Notes under the pieces: model-generated
What the model saw: the letters and a program-made list of their open reading frames with translations, nothing else
The model's database searches: none
What the model was told of the DNA's origin: nothing
Shown here: positions 7,831 to 18,201 of the stretch, one piece after another
Numbering within the stretch: the first letter of the stretch is position 1
How the letters are laid out: the number at the start of each line of letters is the position of its first letter
Assembly: GCA_031281515.1 (NCBI GenBank)
Contig: JAITFF010000021.1
Coordinates: 1 to 35,746 of the forward strand
Source of the DNA: Holosporales bacterium
GTDB lineage: Bacteria; Pseudomonadota; Alphaproteobacteria; RUG11792
Reading direction: 5' to 3'
DNA: 35,746 bases
Position numbers and translations under genes: made by a program

Positions 7831-9400
7831 TTGCTAACTCCTTATTCATTAGATTCACAGTATTGCCAACTCCGTAAAGATGGATAAAGGACCCCATTTT
7901 CGGACCGCTCTCAGAGCCGAACAAGAAACCATACAACGTTTTGAACCAGCTCCTTATATCATCTTCGAAAAATCTCTTCCCAACCTCGAAAACTTTGGTC
8001 TGAAAATCATCGGCGCTAGCATGATGATCTAATTCTTCGAGTTCATCTCGTAATTCGGTAATTGCCCTCCTTTGCAAATCATCCGGAACTATAAACTTTC
8101 TGGTATTCGCTACGAAATCTTCATAATACGTGACCGCGAATTTGACCATTTTCTTAGTGAAATCCATTGTCTCACTGGATCCACTGCCATCAGCGATATA
8201 TTTCTTCACAAATTCCATCAGAACATTTTCATCCGCCGTACTGCACGCCTGTACTAAATTCAGAAGCATCGAGAATTTCGGGCAATTTGAAAGATGGGGT
8301 GGATTTCCATCGTGAATATGAAACACTGGGCTATCTGGATTTTCACCAGTATTTTCAGATTTATGAAAAGCCTCAATGGAATCTATATAATCATCCATGG
8401 CGCTCGGTATAACGTCAAAATATAGACGTTTTGCACGCTTCGGAGATTGATACATATAGTATGCTAGGCTTTCGTGTGGAGAATATTTCAACCACTCATC
8501 CATCGAAATTCCGTTTCCCTTTGATTTAGAAATTTTTTTCCCGTCCTCATCGAGGAAAAGCTCATACGTCAAATTTTCTGGCGGCCTTCCTCCGATAATA
8601 TTGCAAATCTTCGAAGACAGCTTGAAAGAGTCGATGAGATCTTTCCCATTCATTTCATAGTCTACTCCGAAGGCGACCCACCGCATTCCCCAATCGGCCT
8701 TCCATTGTAATTTACAGTGGCCATCAAGAACAGAGACCTCTTCGAGATTACCGGTTTCTGGATCTGCGTATACTATTGTACGGCTATCTAGATGCGTCTC
8801 GATGATCGGGACCTGCAGGACTTTTCCAGTCCTCGGGCAAATCGGAAGAAACGGACAATACGTCCTTTGGCGCTCTTCTCTCAGAGATGGCAGCATGACA
8901 CTCATAATTTCATCATAATGTTCCAGTATCTTCGATAGACATTCATTAAAAGCTCCAGATTTATACATTTCTGTCGAACTTTTGAATTCATACTTAAATC
9001 CAAATGAATCGAGAAACCTTCTCAGCATGGCATTGTTATGATGGGCGAAGCTTTCATATTGACCAAATGGATCTGGTATGGAGGTTAGTGGCCTCTCCAG
9101 ATTGGCCTCGAGCTGCTCTCGATTCGGAACGTTTGTCGGGACTTTTCTCAGGCCATCCATATCATCTGAAAAAACGAATAATTTTGCTGGGATATCCGAC
9201 AACTTCCTGAATGCCTGCATGACGAATGTCGTCCTCAAAACTTCTCCGAAGGTACCGATGTGCGGAAGTCCGGACGGCCCATATCCCGTCTCCAAAATCA
9301 CACAATCCTTTCCGGGAACAGCCCCGAGGCGCCCGATAATCTTCCGTGCTTCTTCGAATGGCCAAGACTTGGCGATATCAAGATGATTTCTACAAGACAT
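7820..9400 (-). CDS. lysK: lysine--tRNA ligase, class I
   Basis: 526 aa. The N-terminus WPFEEARKI...ETGYGPSGLPHIGTFGEVLRT (class I HIGH-type motif) and KISKSKGNG (KMSKS) match class I LysRS. Its stop overlaps the nrdD start by 11 nt. Confidence 0.92.
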   Translation of the reverse strand: MSCRNHLDIAKSWPFEEARKIIGRLGAVPGKDCVILETGYGPSGLPHIGTFGEVLRTTFVMQAFRKLSDIPAKLFVFSDDMDGLRKVPTNVPNREQLEANLERPLTSIPDPFGQYESFAHHNNAMLRRFLDSFGFKYEFKSSTEMYKSGAFNECLSKILEHYDEIMSVMLPSLREERQRTYCPFLPICPRTGKVLQVPIIETHLDSRTIVYADPETGNLEEVSVLDGHCKLQWKADWGMRWVAFGVDYEMNGKDLIDSFKLSSKICNIIGGRPPENLTYELFLDEDGKKISKSKGNGISMDEWLKYSPHESLAYYMYQSPKRAKRLYFDVIPSAMDDYIDSIEAFHKSENTGENPDSPVFHIHDGNPPHLSNCPKFSMLLNLVQACSTADENVLMEFVKKYIADGSGSSETMDFTKKMVKFAVTYYEDFVANTRKFIVPDDLQRRAITELRDELEELDHHASADDFQTKVFEVGKRFFEDDIRSWFKTLYGFLFGSESGPKMGSFIHLYGVGNTVNLMNKELANGE

Positions 9401-9496
9401 AAAGTATTCCCTAACTAATTGAAGAATGTAAACTTATAATGACGATGGCCTCATGATACCACTTCTTCTATCCGATTGAAACAGAGGAATGTAAAA

Positions 9497-12037
9497 CTAA
9501 TATCTCTTACTCCATCCAATGCCGAGTCCAAGCGAATTCTTCCCGGATAAGTCGGCCGTAATCTTCGTTCTTTTGGTAATATTTTTCTCGACGATGACTT
9601 TCGTTGTGTCTTTCCCAGCTCCCTGATCAATCGATATTTTCATGGTCCCTATGCTCTTACCGATGCTAACTGATGACCTTTCGCCAAAAGTTGCATCATT
9701 GGTTTTTTTGATTTCCAATGCATCTATTCCGAATACCGATTTCAACTTGTCGATGATATCAAATCCCCCGCTGTTCGACAGCTTTCCCATCATCGAAAAC
9801 AGTGTAAATGCCTCTCCCGTAGAAATTTCTGAAGATCTTTTATCGAATAATAAATACGAAAGAACATCGACCTTCGATACGTATGGTTTCGAGAAAAATG
9901 TGACATTCGCTCCGTTTTTATCCTGGGTAAATTTGGCCCCTACCTTTATGTTATCCAGGCTTTTGACAGCCGAAACCCGAACGTTGATGATATCCGGCTG
10001 GGCACTATCAACCCAAATTTCGCCATCTTTTAAAACAAATTTTTTCCCAGAAACTTTTACCTCCCCCTTTGTCATCTTAATTTTAGCGTAATATTTTGGA
10101 TCTGATGCATCTCCGGAGACGGAAATTTCCCCGTCCCAGAGACTATCAATCCCGAATTTAGACACCATTTTTAATCCATTCTTAAAAACAAACTTAATGT
10201 CGATAGGAAACTGTATTGGGGCAGTCTTTGCCTGGCTTATTGGCTTCGATTGTTTCTTGGGATCGATGATTTCCATCGATCTGGATGATCTCGCTATTAG
10301 ACTCGATATATCCATTTTTGTATTTTCTGAGTATAAAGCGCCCGATATTTTGATGGATTTCAGAATATCTCCTTTCGCCGTGATTTTTCCATTTAATTTT
10401 CCGTAGAATTCATTAAATTCAACGATATTAAAATCATGAAAATCGATTAAAATATCAGTGTCCAATCTACCTTTATCGAATACAATTCTACCACTACCAG
10501 TTAACGTTCCATGGGGGAACCCATCATCAGTGGCAAAAATCTTGTCTATCACTATACTGTTGTTTTTGACAATGGCACGAATCATCCCACCTTTGATGAA
10601 GGTATGTGCTACCGGGTTAAAGTACGCTAGATCATTCAGTTCGATGTTTCCAGCAAAGACGGGTTTCCCCAATGTTCCTGCGATTTCTATATCATACCTT
10701 AGGTGACCATCGGCGAACTGTCGCCCGCCCAGACCATAATTTTTCATACCAAACTCCCCTGTAGCTTTCACTTTAATCTTACTTTCCTTACCCGGAATCC
10801 AATTTTCCGTTTCCAGGTTACAGACGATGGTACTCCTCTTCTTCAGGAGATCGTACTGCATCGTGGTAGTAATACCATTCTTGCGCCAATGAGCGACCAC
10901 ATCTACCGTCGGCATTTTTAACTCTCCGAGTTCCCAATCACGTAATTTCGCAGTGAAATTCGCGATCCCATTCGAATAGTTACCGACACCGTCTATGATC
11001 CCCTGTTCGCCTCCAGGTTGACTTCGAATTTCAGATAAAGGAACGCCCTTAATTTCTATCTGACCGATCGATATCGTATCCGAAAACAGATTGACACCCG
11101 ATATATCGATACTCCCACTTTTTATTGGTATTTGTATTTTTGGGATGATATCTCCAACCCTAAATGTAAAGGGTTTAATCGCGATTCTATCGTCAAAAAT
11201 CATTTTATTGATTGAAAATAATTCTTTCGAGGTATCGAAATCCAGATTAACAAAAATCCCGATTTTTTTCGCATAGGCCTTGATATTGATTTCCCCGTTT
11301 TCCATGGATACTTGGCAAGATAGTTCTTGACCATATTCTGGGAGGTTTAGGATACCCCCTACAAAGTCTCCCACATATATGCCATCGAATGAAAACGCTT
11401 CATGAAACTTTGGTTTGTAACTTAGGCTCAGATGCTGATCCCGTAGTCCATACACTGCATTTACCCAGAAATTACCTCCTGTTAGACTGAGAATAACATT
11501 CGAATTCTGAATTTTGACTTGTGCTCCGTAGTTTTTTTCGTTAATCATAAAATTAAGGACTCTGAGGCTCAAGGCATTATCCAATGAAAAGGAAATATTA
11601 CGAACTTTGGAGTTGTTGAGATCCACCTCGTCGATCGAGATCCTTTTCACAATCTTTTGACCAACTATCTTAAAAATCTTGTGGAAATCGGAAAGATCTG
11701 GTCCTTTTGTACTATCCGAAACCACAGTCATTTTACCGATTTTAATATCACGAACGTGAGTCATCTTTTTGCTGAGCAGAATAGAAACGTTTTTTATGTC
11801 GATATTCGGCATCGCGAGGCTTTCCGTGAACTTAATTTGAAGCCGATCAAATGCGAAAGAAAATGGGAAAAACCCGGTTGATCCGGATATAATGATCTCT
11901 ATCCCGTTACCGGCTACTGCATTAATCAATGCGCTCTGAATTCTGGAATTCTGTAACGACAAAACAATCGAGGCAAGGAAAACAGTTATCCAGAAAACAA
12001 TTTTTAATGCTTTCTTAATCAGGAACCGAACGACCAC
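9497..12037 (-). CDS. tamB: translocation and assembly module protein TamB (DUF490 family)
   Basis: Long beta-rich ORF with an N-terminal membrane anchor (FLIKKALKIVFWITVFLASIVLSL) and a DUF490-like C-terminus ending ...LGLGIGWSKRY. The ORF track starts at 12085. I prefer GTG 12037, which is preceded by GGAGG at 6 nt and reduces the overlap with pepF. Confidence 0.75.
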   Translation of the reverse strand: MVVRFLIKKALKIVFWITVFLASIVLSLQNSRIQSALINAVAGNGIEIIISGSTGFFPFSFAFDRLQIKFTESLAMPNIDIKNVSILLSKKMTHVRDIKIGKMTVVSDSTKGPDLSDFHKIFKIVGQKIVKRISIDEVDLNNSKVRNISFSLDNALSLRVLNFMINEKNYGAQVKIQNSNVILSLTGGNFWVNAVYGLRDQHLSLSYKPKFHEAFSFDGIYVGDFVGGILNLPEYGQELSCQVSMENGEINIKAYAKKIGIFVNLDFDTSKELFSINKMIFDDRIAIKPFTFRVGDIIPKIQIPIKSGSIDISGVNLFSDTISIGQIEIKGVPLSEIRSQPGGEQGIIDGVGNYSNGIANFTAKLRDWELGELKMPTVDVVAHWRKNGITTTMQYDLLKKRSTIVCNLETENWIPGKESKIKVKATGEFGMKNYGLGGRQFADGHLRYDIEIAGTLGKPVFAGNIELNDLAYFNPVAHTFIKGGMIRAIVKNNSIVIDKIFATDDGFPHGTLTGSGRIVFDKGRLDTDILIDFHDFNIVEFNEFYGKLNGKITAKGDILKSIKISGALYSENTKMDISSLIARSSRSMEIIDPKKQSKPISQAKTAPIQFPIDIKFVFKNGLKMVSKFGIDSLWDGEISVSGDASDPKYYAKIKMTKGEVKVSGKKFVLKDGEIWVDSAQPDIINVRVSAVKSLDNIKVGAKFTQDKNGANVTFFSKPYVSKVDVLSYLLFDKRSSEISTGEAFTLFSMMGKLSNSGGFDIIDKLKSVFGIDALEIKKTNDATFGERSSVSIGKSIGTMKISIDQGAGKDTTKVIVEKNITKRTKITADLSGKNSLGLGIGWSKRY

Positions 12038-13799
12038 ACAACGCCTCCAAATATTGCACTTGATCGGCGATGGATTGTACGCCATCTCTCCAGAATTCTA
12101 CCCGTAAAGGATTAAGACTGAACTCGGATGCGGCGATATTATAGCTATCAATACCACCACGAGACAACATTCGAACATACTTTTCGATGAACTGCTCGCC
12201 CATGAGCCGGCGGCTATTAAATAGAGCGTTCACAAAAATTTCCCCGAAAGCGTATGCATAGACATAGAATGGAGAATGGAAGAAATGCGAGATATAACAC
12301 CAGTAACAGGATATACAATCATCGACATTTACATAACTTCCGAGACATTCTCGCTGAGTATCGATAAACATTTTGGATAGAGATTGTATTGAAGATCCTC
12401 CATTTCTTCTGGCTTCGTGTGCCATCCTCTCGAATCTGAAGAATGCTATCTGTCGAATGACCGAGTTTATGGTGTTGTCGAGTCTGAAGCAGAGGATGTC
12501 TACCTTTTCCATATCATTCGTCGAGGAAGATTCGAGAATTTTCTCGAAAAGGAGATTTTCGGCGAACAGGGATGCAACTTCCGACAGGGTAACAGGAGTA
12601 TCCGCTAGGAGTGGACCGTTCGAACCACTCAGAGTCTGATGAATCCCGTGCCCAAGTTCGTGGATCATCGTGAAGACATCCCTCAGTCCATTGAAATGAT
12701 TTAGGAGGATATATGGATGAACATCTGGTGAACATCCATGTGAAAATGCCCCTGACGTCTTCCCATCTCTGGGATAAACATCGATCCATCCGTTTTCAAT
12801 GAAGTTGTTGGCTATTTCTCTAAAAATCTCAGAAAAGGATCCGAAAGTTCCCAGAACAAGCTGAATTGCATCACGATATTCAAATTTTTTTTCGAGGATC
12901 CCGCTACGATTAACTTGAACATTGCGATCCCAGTATTCAAGCTTTTCCTTCTTCAGGAGTCTTGCTTTTAATTTATAGTATTTATGAGATGTGTTCTCGT
13001 ACTGCTCGACGACTGAATCAGCCAAAAAATCTACTACATGCTGTTCGATATTGTTTGCCAGATGCCTGAAAGATTCTGGTTTATCGTATTTTCTCAATCT
13101 ATCTTCGGTTACCCGATCCAGGAGGATACTACTATATATATGATTTATGTAAAAAGCGCTCTCATCAAGCTTAGCGCTGATTATCCTCGATGCATTTTCT
13201 CTCGTCTCGGAATCTGCCGAATGATTGGCTATTTCCAGGATCTCTGGCAACCTCTTCGTTTCGCCATCAAAAGGAAATTCCAATCTGGTCAGGAGTTCGT
13301 CATACAACCGCACCCACGAATCGTTGGAGGTTAATTGCTTCTGAAGCATGGCCTCTTCCGTCTCATCGAGGAGCATATGATCCCTGTATTTACAGCAGTC
13401 GAGTAGCCACGATTCGTATTTTTTGAGTTCTGAAGAAGAGTCGTCGGAGCATGCTTTTCTGAGGGCCGCTTCATCGAGCCTAGAAATTGCGATCCTGAAA
13501 AATACTATCTGAGATTCGATCCTAGCGATGGCTTCGACGATTCGTCGGTAAAATGACAGGGCAGCGTCATCGTTTAGATTGATCTGCAAATATAAAAACG
13601 CATAGGACTCCAAACGCACGAGGAATCCGATGATCTTCTCGTACTCTAGGATAGCTTCGTACAGATTTTCTGTGGAAACACGCCCACTGTAGGAGATCTT
13701 GAACTTCTCGGCGAGAGACCCGGCCGTATTAAGATCGATATCTAGCTGGCAATCGTCGGGCGACCCATATATATCCTCCAGACACCAGGTCGTACGCAT
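12015..13799 (-). CDS. pepF: oligoendopeptidase F (M3B metallopeptidase)
   Basis: 594 aa. Zn-binding motif MIHELGHGIH, with overall length and layout typical of the PepF family. Confidence 0.88.
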   Translation of the reverse strand: MRTTWCLEDIYGSPDDCQLDIDLNTAGSLAEKFKISYSGRVSTENLYEAILEYEKIIGFLVRLESYAFLYLQINLNDDAALSFYRRIVEAIARIESQIVFFRIAISRLDEAALRKACSDDSSSELKKYESWLLDCCKYRDHMLLDETEEAMLQKQLTSNDSWVRLYDELLTRLEFPFDGETKRLPEILEIANHSADSETRENASRIISAKLDESAFYINHIYSSILLDRVTEDRLRKYDKPESFRHLANNIEQHVVDFLADSVVEQYENTSHKYYKLKARLLKKEKLEYWDRNVQVNRSGILEKKFEYRDAIQLVLGTFGSFSEIFREIANNFIENGWIDVYPRDGKTSGAFSHGCSPDVHPYILLNHFNGLRDVFTMIHELGHGIHQTLSGSNGPLLADTPVTLSEVASLFAENLLFEKILESSSTNDMEKVDILCFRLDNTINSVIRQIAFFRFERMAHEARRNGGSSIQSLSKMFIDTQRECLGSYVNVDDCISCYWCYISHFFHSPFYVYAYAFGEIFVNALFNSRRLMGEQFIEKYVRMLSRGGIDSYNIAASEFSLNPLRVEFWRDGVQSIADQVQYLEALCGRSVPD

Positions 13800-13811
13800 C
13801 CCGAATATTGT

Positions 13812-14069
13812 TTACGAAAGTGGCTCAACGCCAACGTAAGTTCTATCGTCTTTCCCGTGCTTGAAATAGACGGTTCCATCGACCAAGGAATAAATCGTAT
13901 GGTCTCTGCCGAGCCCAACATTATCGCAGACCTTGTACTTCGTTCCTCTTTGACGGATTATGATCGTCCCGGCCAAGACGAACTCCCCACCAAACCTCTT
14001 GACCCCAAGTCTCCTGCCGATCGAATCTCTTCCGTTCCTAGAACTACCACCGCCTTTTTTTGTTGCCAT
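13812..14069 (-). CDS. rpmA: 50S ribosomal protein L27
   Basis: 85 aa. [44 protein letters not shown] is the canonical L27 sequence. Confidence 0.96.
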   Translation of the reverse strand: MATKKGGGSSRNGRDSIGRRLGVKRFGGEFVLAGTIIIRQRGTKYKVCDNVGLGRDHTIYSLVDGTVYFKHGKDDRTYVGVEPLS

Positions 14070-14073
14070 TTGA

Positions 14074-14400
14074 TCATGCCCCCTTGGATAGAGAAATATC
14101 GAGGATTTTCAGGACCGTCATCGGCTGCCGGTGCCCATTTTTCCTTCTCGAATTATGGCGCCTACGTTTTTTGAAGACGATGATTTTGTCGTTTCTAACG
14201 TGCTTTAAAATTTCGACATTGACGGAAGCCCCAGAGACGGAAGGAGAACCGATCGTTGTAACCCCTTTATCATCAGAGATCAGCAGCACATCGGACAGGG
14301 CAAGAACCTGAGAAGGGCTATTATCTAGCTTCTCGACCTTAATACAATCTCCGGGCTTCACGCGATACTGCTTTCCCCCACTCTTGATGACAGCAAACAT
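14074..14400 (-). CDS. rplU: 50S ribosomal protein L21
   Basis: 108 aa. [18 protein letters not shown]...[21 protein letters not shown]. Conserved rplU-rpmA gene order. Confidence 0.94.
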   Translation of the reverse strand: MFAVIKSGGKQYRVKPGDCIKVEKLDNSPSQVLALSDVLLISDDKGVTTIGSPSVSGASVNVEILKHVRNDKIIVFKKRRRHNSRRKNGHRQPMTVLKILDISLSKGA

Positions 14401-14590
14401 AACTCAACAGAAAAACGAAAGAAAACGCCGAAAGACGCATACATGCCGGCAGAATATCACGTCGTTCTAGCGCATGTCAACGCTCGGATTTTTTCGAGCA
14501 AATCGCTCCGGCAATGATAATTCCAAACTGTGCGATGAGGAAAGTATGTTATTTTTTTTGGGAAGAATTTCTGGAGAATAGTTTTATCTA

Positions 14591-15850
14591 GTGTCCAAGC
14601 CGAAAATTACGACCATTACCCTGGGTTGTCGGTTTAACTCCGTTGAATCGGAGATGATAAAAATAATCGCGGGTCAGACCAATGATCCCACGCCCATCGT
14701 CATAATAAATACGTGTGCCGTAACTCATGAAGCGGAACGGCAGTCTAAACAGGCCGTACGGAAGGCCATTCGGGAAAATAAAGGCTCCAAAATTGTTGTG
14801 ACAGGATGTGCCGCAAAAACTGCGAAAGAATATTTCGAAAACCTGGAGGGAATATCAGAGGTCGTCCAAAATGACGGAAAAGAACCAGTGGATATTTCTC
14901 AAATCATCGCGGGCCCGCTCCATCTTTTTGATGGTAGGGCCCGCGCTTTCCTACAAATTCAAAACGGCTGTGATCATTTCTGTACCTATTGCATCGTACC
15001 ATTCACCAGGGGTAGATCCAGGAGCCTTCCCCCAGAGCTCATCTTGAACCAGGTAGAGTATTTCCTCCATCACGGATTTAATGAAATTGTTTTATCCGGA
15101 ATTGATATTGCATCATACGGGAAGGATTTTAACGAAATGGGATACGACCTTTCCGCAATAATCGAGGCAATTCTCGAACGGACTCACATCGCCGGTACTC
15201 GTATTAGGCTATCATCGATCGATCCCGCTGCCGTCAGTCAAAATCTATTGAGTTTATTTACGGGTGAACCGAGGATCATGCCATACTTTCATTTTAGCAT
15301 ACAATCTGGGAGCAACGAGGTCCTGATGGCGATGAGGCGACGTCATTCGAGAGAGGATGTAATCACGATTTGTGAGCATATTCGACGCCAAAGGAAGGAG
15401 GTTGTAATCGGGGGAGATCTTATCGCCGGATTTCCAGTAGAAACGGAACTAATGTTCGAAGAATCGGTTAGGCTGATAGACGATGCCGGCCTGTCACTAA
15501 TTCATGTCTTTCCGTTTTCCTCCAGAAATGGCACAGTTGCCGCACAGATGGTCAAGCTTCCTCCAAACGTAATTCGATTTCGTGCTAGCATTTTGCAGGA
15601 AAAGACTCAGGCCGCAAAAAAGGCACTATTCCAGTCGCTGATTGGGTCGACGACGTCTGGGCTCATCGAAAAAAGTGACGGAGTTGTGGCGTTTGGTAAG
15701 ACCGATTCCTACATCCCCTTCCGATTAGTCGGCCCGTTTCGAGTAGGGGAGGTGGTACATTCCATCTCGATTGCTGGCATATGCGAAGAAAATTCCGAGC
15801 TGATGCTCATTTGTATGCTGGATCCCAATAATCTTTCACTTATCCCATAA
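14591..15850 (+). CDS. mtaB: radical-SAM methylthiotransferase, MtaB-like (MiaB/RimO family)
   Basis: 419 aa with a GTG start. N-terminal UPF0004 Cys pattern (TLGCRFN...NTCAVT...GC), radical-SAM CDHFCTYC, and a C-terminal TRAM-like region. The size and N-terminal motif favour MtaB. Confidence 0.8.
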   Translation: MSKPKITTITLGCRFNSVESEMIKIIAGQTNDPTPIVIINTCAVTHEAERQSKQAVRKAIRENKGSKIVVTGCAAKTAKEYFENLEGISEVVQNDGKEPVDISQIIAGPLHLFDGRARAFLQIQNGCDHFCTYCIVPFTRGRSRSLPPELILNQVEYFLHHGFNEIVLSGIDIASYGKDFNEMGYDLSAIIEAILERTHIAGTRIRLSSIDPAAVSQNLLSLFTGEPRIMPYFHFSIQSGSNEVLMAMRRRHSREDVITICEHIRRQRKEVVIGGDLIAGFPVETELMFEESVRLIDDAGLSLIHVFPFSSRNGTVAAQMVKLPPNVIRFRASILQEKTQAAKKALFQSLIGSTTSGLIEKSDGVVAFGKTDSYIPFRLVGPFRVGEVVHSISIAGICEENSELMLICMLDPNNLSLIP

Positions 15851-17122
15851 AATCTGAGCTGAGATCTTGTCTTTTCCAAAATAGGGAATCAATTTCTCCG
15901 GGATGATTATCGATCCATCTGATTGCTGATAATTCTCTAGGATCGCGATCAGACACCTCCCGACGGCTATTCCAGATCCGTTCAATGTGTGGACGAATTC
16001 ATTTTTCTTCGAAGATATGCATTTAAACCTGGTATTCATACGCCGAGCCTGAAACGTCCCGCACCTAGAACAGCTCGAAATTTCACGATACCTTTTCTGC
16101 CCGGGTAACCAAACCTCCAGATCATATGTCTTTTCAGAGGCGAATCCCATATCTCCAGTCGATAACACGACGGTTCTAAACGGTAAGTCCAATCTTTTTA
16201 AGATCTCCTCAGCGCAGGCCGTCATCCTTTCATGTTCTTCGATGGCCTGGCCCGGCGTCGTGATGCTGACCATCTCAACCTTCCCAAATTGATGCTGTCT
16301 CAGCATTCCGGCCGTATCTCTACCGGCCGCTCCGGCCTCAGATCGAAAACACGGTGTATATGCCGTGTAACGGATTGGAAGCTCATCCTCCCGCAAAAGT
16401 TCATCGCCATGAATATTCGTGAGTGATGCCTCAGACGTTGGAATCAGGTAGGACCCCATCGTCGTCTTAAATACATCTTCCTCGAATTTCGGAAGCTGTC
16501 CGACACCATACATGGCCTTCTGTCCCAAAATGAGTGGAACGTAAACCTCGGTATACCCATGTTCCTTAGTATGAATATCCAGCATGAAACTGGATAGAGA
16601 TCGTTCCATTCTGGCCAGATCCGAGAATAGGAGAACGAACCGAGCCCCAGCTATCTTGACGGCCCTTTCGAAATCCATCATACCGAGCCTAGCGCCGACT
16701 TCATAATGTTCGATCGGTTCGAAATCGAACTCCTTCGGAGTTTTGAAGCGCCTAACTTCAAGGTTACTATCCTCATCTGGACCAACCGGACACTCCCCAG
16801 ATGGAATATTTGGGATAGTCTCAAGGACCCCAATGTATTCACTTTTAGCCTGATTTACGCGCTCCGTCTGTTCTTGTATCTCTTTTTTTAAGGCTGATAC
16901 CTGCCTCGATAATTCGGACCCATCCTTTCCGGCGATCTTACATTTAGCGAATTCAGCGGTAATTGCATTCCTTTTCTCAAGTAATTGTTGCAATTTCGTT
17001 TGCTGCCACCGAAAGTCACGTTCAATTTCCAGGACTTCAGCCTCGATTTCCGGTTTCCCGCGTTTCCGCATGGCATCGTCGAGACTCCCGGGATTCGCTT
17101 TAACGAATGAGATATCAATCAT
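15836..17122 (-). CDS. serS: serine--tRNA ligase
   Basis: 428 aa. N-terminal coiled-coil arm, class II motifs (FRSEAGAAGRDTAGMLRQHQF, GSGIAVGRCLIAILENYQ). Its 3' end overlaps the convergent mtaB by 15 nt. Confidence 0.95.
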   Translation of the reverse strand: MIDISFVKANPGSLDDAMRKRGKPEIEAEVLEIERDFRWQQTKLQQLLEKRNAITAEFAKCKIAGKDGSELSRQVSALKKEIQEQTERVNQAKSEYIGVLETIPNIPSGECPVGPDEDSNLEVRRFKTPKEFDFEPIEHYEVGARLGMMDFERAVKIAGARFVLLFSDLARMERSLSSFMLDIHTKEHGYTEVYVPLILGQKAMYGVGQLPKFEEDVFKTTMGSYLIPTSEASLTNIHGDELLREDELPIRYTAYTPCFRSEAGAAGRDTAGMLRQHQFGKVEMVSITTPGQAIEEHERMTACAEEILKRLDLPFRTVVLSTGDMGFASEKTYDLEVWLPGQKRYREISSCSRCGTFQARRMNTRFKCISSKKNEFVHTLNGSGIAVGRCLIAILENYQQSDGSIIIPEKLIPYFGKDKISAQILWDK

Positions 17123-17933
17123 CAGATTGCACTTTACTTCTCTTCTTCTGGCAGTTTATCACAAAGATCCCGAAGAGAAATAGGGCAATTGACAAAGTTT
17201 GCCCAACCGTCAATGATAACCATCCGAAGTACCGTTCTATTGGCACCTCCTTATAAAATTCTATGACGAATCTAGCCGATGAGTAAATTATGCAAAATAT
17301 CGACGTCAGAACACCGGATCCAATTGTTCTCACTCCCTTCAGTCTGAAAATTATTAGCAAAACCCAGAAATTCAAAAGCCCCTCGAAGACTGATTCGAAA
17401 AGCTGAGTCGGGTATCGTGGCATATGATCCACCAAACTGAAGATTACCGCGAAATCAGCAGAGCAAATTCTTCCGTAAAGCTCCTGATTGACGAAATTAG
17501 CAAGCCGCCCTATACCCAGTCCCAATGAACCAGCAAAACATAAAACATCAGTCAAGGCTCTCCATTCGAAATGATGAGAACGGCAGAAGGAGTAGGTATA
17601 TATCCCGAGGGCCATAACGGATCCGTGGAAGGCTAATCCTCCCTGTCGTAACATGAAAATCTCCATGGGGTTTTTCAGATAATACTCGAAATCGAAGAAC
17701 AGAACGTGTCCCAATCTAGCCCCGATAATCATCCAGATTATCGAAAAAAACATGAATTTGTCGAAGGTATCGGCGGATGGTACCGATACCGGGAAAATAT
17801 TTCTAACCTTCCGGAGGCTCCAGGTGGCCATCCACCATGAAGACAACAGAGAGGCCGCGTAGATTACGCCGTACCAATAGACCTGGATACCGAGGATAGA
17901 AAAGGCGATGGGAGATACATTCCAGATAAACAT
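17115..17933 (-). CDS. lgt: prolipoprotein diacylglyceryl transferase
   Basis: 272 aa polytopic membrane protein with Lgt signatures (IQVYWYGVIYA, GARLGHVLF, GGLAFHG, GRLANFVNQELYGR). Overlaps the serS start by 8 nt. Confidence 0.92.
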   Translation of the reverse strand: MFIWNVSPIAFSILGIQVYWYGVIYAASLLSSWWMATWSLRKVRNIFPVSVPSADTFDKFMFFSIIWMIIGARLGHVLFFDFEYYLKNPMEIFMLRQGGLAFHGSVMALGIYTYSFCRSHHFEWRALTDVLCFAGSLGLGIGRLANFVNQELYGRICSADFAVIFSLVDHMPRYPTQLFESVFEGLLNFWVLLIIFRLKGVRTIGSGVLTSIFCIIYSSARFVIEFYKEVPIERYFGWLSLTVGQTLSIALFLFGIFVINCQKKRSKVQSDD

Positions 17934-18201
17934 ATAGTGCGGTCATAATACCGAAAATCCGCAAAATCCCGACATTGTCCTAAATATCCTCGCTAAATTC
18001 AACGATCAAAAAAAATAGCTCCACCTCTCGAATAAAGATCAGAGTTAACATACCTTCCAGGTGGACGGGAAAGAGGTCTCCATCTCTTTGCTACGATGGG
18101 TGCGTTCAACTCTTGTCTTTTACATGTCATGTTATTTGTCGGAGAATGGTGCGCTTGATTTTCCCAATGGCCTCATCATGGAGGCCAAATGGGAGTGATG
18201 T

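Noticed and set aside
12038-12085. N-terminal extension of tamB (MAYNPSPIKCNIWRRC) given by the ORF track.
   Set aside because: It overlaps pepF by 71 nt and precedes the membrane anchor. An internal GTG (12037) with a GGAGG at proper spacing is a more plausible start. This is not certain.
15836-15850. 15-nt convergent overlap of mtaB and serS, and other 8-14-nt same-strand overlaps (truA/prmC, serS/lgt, lysK/nrdD).
   Set aside because: These are consistent with ordinary genome compaction in reduced bacterial genomes and are not a distinct feature.
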